Shown: piece by piece, positions 59,959-64,000 of the stretch
How positions within the stretch are numbered: position 1 is the first letter of the stretch
Layout of the letters: each line of letters opens with the position of its first letter
DNA from: Eledone cirrhosa
Lineage: Eukaryota
Assembly (NCBI GenBank): GCA_964016885.1
Contig: OZ024755.1
Coordinates: forward strand, 15,004,001 to 15,068,000
Length of the DNA stretch: 64,000 nucleotides
Direction: 5' to 3'
The notes under the pieces: model-generated
What the model saw: the letters and a program-made list of their open reading frames with translations, nothing else
What the model was told of the DNA's origin: nothing
The model's database searches: none
Position numbers and translations under genes: made by a program

Positions 59959-61059
59959 TATTATTATTGATGAATTCACAAATTTGTTTTGATATTGCTC
60001 TTAATGGCTAGATTTTAAGACGCTCAGACTGCATGAAAAAATACGTTTTTTTATAAAAATAATTTTCATGTAGGATCTATTTAAACATTGGTTATCTGTC
60101 CATAAAATCGTCTGATGTTTACAAAAATGTTACTTGTTCCGTCTTGTTTGCATACTTGTATAAAATGGCGACACGGAACGCCCAGCAAAACAATCAGATT
60201 GAAGGTGAACGTGTCTTCACTGCGTTTAAACACCAAGCGTAAAGAAAATATAAACAATTATCAGAAATAGTTTTCAGTAAATTTCATGCACTTTAGAAGG
60301 GACAAATATTGACATTTCAATCGAGAATAATATTGTTGAGAGCTGTCCTAATGATACGTGTGGCGAATTCAACTTCAATAAACACACACACACTCATATA
60401 CACACACAACACATACCACACTCACACACACACAACACATATCACACACACAGGCGTTGGTTTTCTCAAATGAAAGTAAATAAAGAAATTTGAACAGAGG
60501 CCAATATTCTATTTTACAACCGAAATTTGGACATGTAATATTCAGATAAGGGTATTATTATATGAAAAGTAACAACAATAACAAAAAAAAGTTAATTTGT
60601 GTATGTAGGTTGTCACACAGACACGTGGGAAGAGACATTAATACGCCTGGACATTGCCAAAGTAGCGGAGGTTTTCCCAGTGTAAACAAGGTACAACCGG
60701 TGGCGGTTTTCGTCGATTCATGGAACGTATGACATGGCAAAGCGAGCTACTTGGTTTTCCAGTATATTTTACACTTTTACTTGTTACGATAAGGTAAATA
60801 TCCTCCCGTTCTTTCTAGGGGAAAGGAAATATTATCTTGTCCCTCCAAGGGGAAAGTAAATATAACAATATGCAATCTAAGTTTTGGACCTTCATTTTGT
60901 TTTATAATAATACCATTTGATAAAACTTTGGGTGATTATAATAAGCGACTTCGATTTTCATAGGAAGAGAGGAACAGGAAACAATAAAGAAAGAATAGGA
61001 TATGAATATTCTAACCACAACCAAAACAAAACAGAAAAAAAAATACAGTGGGTGCAACA

Positions 61060-61560
61060 GCTATCACACCAATGATAACACCATTACCACATATCGACGC
61101 CGACAAGACACCGCCACGTCGAATGAAACCAACCAGCAAATCTATCACCAGCAAATATCCTACCAGAGATATCAGCCACGAACCATCTTACCTCTAGTCA
61201 CGGAACCATCCACCATACGACTAGCAACAACAATAATTCCACCAACACTACCACCATCACCAAAAACAATAACAATAACAACAATGAAAATGACAGCAGC
61301 ATCAATCACACCACCACCAACAAAACCATTATCACTATCAACAAAAATCACACGAACACCATCAACAACAATAGCAGAACGGAAAAAGATATCCCCTACC
61401 AACAGATTCAACAGCTTCACGAAATCCAAAACAAACCTCGCCATCAACAAACTCACATCGTGAGTAATTACTCTGCCGCCAACAACAAGAATTCTACCAA
61501 TAACAACAAGATCTTCAACACGAACATCAACAACACCAAACACAACAACCAGCAACAGAA
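61060..61560. repeat. Degenerate (ACA/CCA)n low-complexity tract
   Basis: Direct reading; produces the Thr-rich and Val-rich ORFs. Confidence 0.8.
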
Positions 61561-62207
61561 AATGTGGTAATTCACACTTGCCCATTCTGCCACGGAGCGG
61601 GGGTGACACTGGGACCAAATGATTGTGAAACGAACTCATTAACATTCAGCCAAACTACTTAGGCTGAGGGCTGTGAAATAGTGCATGCATTAATTTCAAC
61701 TTTTCTAATTAATAACTGTATTGTTTCTTTCCCTGGACTCTGTAGCAAAATAAACTTCATGTTGTTATTATGTGAGAGAATCTTGGTCAGTCAATGCACT
61801 TTTCAGGCTATAAACTTTTCAGCCAACCCTCCTAGGAGCAGGGAATCTGGTCACATATTTTAAAGCTTGAAATCAAATACGCAAACATCAGTAACGTAAT
61901 CTTGGGAATTATTACTACTATCGGTATAGATAGATTTAAAGAGGAGTTTATCGAATCGTTAGTAAATGTGACATTTAGTCATGGCAAAAACAAACACCTT
62001 CTGATGGGCATGACTTAAAGCAGCTAATAAGATTGAATGTCACCAGATATATTAAAACATATCAATACTTCATCTGGATATATCGTTGAATAGGTTTGAC
62101 TATCAGATTTTTCACTACTTGCTCTCTGAACTTTCTAAAACGTATTAAGTATTAAGCGATATTGAATATAGTGTAATGTATGATAGTTTATGTACACTCA
62201 TCACACA

Positions 62208-62253
<46 letters not shown>

Positions 62254-63487
62254 TGGCATCATGAATTTGTGACTTCTGGTGTAAACTAGTTGGGGAATAT
62301 ATTGATAATGAAAATGATGCTGCTACTACCTATAATAATACTAATAATAGTGAGAATTATGCGATTAATGAGAATAGCGAGATGAAATTATAAAGAGTGG
62401 TTGTCACATGTTATCCAGCACGATGCCGGTGATACTCTGGGGATCCATGTTTTGAGATCGAAATGTTAGGATAGAGGCCATGGTGGCAATGATATCATCA
62501 CGTTGTTGCCGTTGGTGGTGGCGATGATGTTTGCGGTGTTAGTGTTTGTTGCAATGTTGCTGTTATTATTGTTGTTAGCGGTGGTAGCGGTTATAATGAT
62601 TTTGAATAGCCATTTGCTTCGTTCTTTCCTTGAGTCCTTTTTTTTTTTTTTTTTGAATGTCAACTTATTCGTAATAACAATAAAAGAAAGGTTAAAAGGT
62701 GACATTTCAATATTAATAAGTGGAATGGCGATTATATATATTTTTTATCCGAAATATATGAAAAATGAGAATGATCTGGATAAAGCATGCATTAAAGACG
62801 ACAAATGAAAGACAAACAAACGAAAGCACTTAGAATAATAAAAATCAAGTAAAGGGCATTAGTATGATGTATTTTTCATGCTACATGTCAAATGTTATGA
62901 CACCAATAAATGATATTACTTGTTAGCATATTTGATATATTTTACATTGATCTTTGCTTGATGTTAAATTGTGTTTCTGTTATTTTAGCATTTTGTTATA
63001 GGGTGTTGCTTTTAAAGTTTTTTTTTTCTTCATATTTCGATTGTTCTTGTCTTTTTGTTTAGCGGGGTGGGGCTAATAAAAAGGACAGATTCCTATAAAA
63101 GAATAGACTAAAATAATAATAATAATAATAATAATAATGACAATAATAATAATAATAATAATAGAAATGATGATGATCATAATAACAATAACTGAGAATA
63201 ACAATATAGTTGAAGTCGACATTAATGAAGATGGTTATGTAGAACGAGATAATGAATGAGGATACTGACCTTAGATACACAGACCCATATGCATGTGCAT
63301 GTAATATGTGTGTGTGTCTGTGTATTTGGATGTGTGTGTATGTGTGTTTCAGTACACACTAGGAAGAATGAAATTCAAAGGGATGTGCAGTATTTAAACT
63401 CATAAAAGGAGTAGATTTTCGCTCTAATGATTCTATTAAACTTTCATTGAATGGTTTTTCTACTCGCCAGCATAATAGTAATGATAA

Positions 63488-63656
63488 TAATTGTTTCTAC
63501 TTTTGGCACAAGGCCAGCAATTGTCCCAGTGTATTACTGGTACTTTATTTTATCGACAAAGTTAACCTCGGCGGGATTTGAACTGAGATCATAAAGGGCC
63601 GCAAATCTATGCTGCAAAGCATGGCGTCCGACCCTCTACTGATACTGCCAATCCAC
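63488..63656 (-). mobile_element. SINE family S with internal deletion
   Basis: Reverse complement of the 46222 copy, lacking the GCCTTTCATCC block. Confidence 0.85.
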
Positions 63657-63831
63657 ATGATAATAATAATGACGAATAACAATTTCAGTACATGCCATAA
63701 ATTCAGAGGTTGAATGACATTACAAATATTTAAATACAAAGAGTATGTTTGTTATATCCTCTGGTACAAATTCCTCCCGGTACACGTACATACACAGACT
63801 CCCTCCACATACACATATATGTTTGTGTGTT

Positions 63832-63891
<60 letters not shown>

Positions 63892-64000
63892 ATATGTAAC
63901 CATAACAGAAGACATATCAGGAAATATTAATATATTTGTGTGAGTCCTATTATGAACATTTCAACGAAAGTGGAAGGCATTGCATTTTTTCTTTGAACAC

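Noticed and set aside
61002-61645. Mucin-like Thr-rich ORF and antisense Val-rich ORF
   Set aside because: Low-complexity ACA/CCA tract

Overview
AT-rich, microsatellite-saturated non-coding eukaryotic DNA. The SINE families suggest an octopod cephalopod (inference). No intact protein-coding gene is supportable, and nearly all supplied ORFs are translations of (TA)n, (CA)n, (GA)n, (GAT)n or (GGT)n tracts. The window holds two tRNA-type SINE groups, LINE fragments (RTE, R4/Dong-like with a restriction-like endonuclease, CR1-like) and a probable MITE. The main signal is about 20 short elements from at least 7 families, most of them sitting inside (TA)n tracts. They carry intact or partial hammerhead-ribozyme (HHR) motifs and often form fold-back palindromes whose apex lies within the ribozyme and whose outer end is fixed per family. 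One copy (12630-13142) still carries a Penelope-type GIY-YIG C-terminus, which ties the set to Penelope-like element (PLE) pseudo-LTRs. All alignments and folds were done by eye, so boundaries are approximate.
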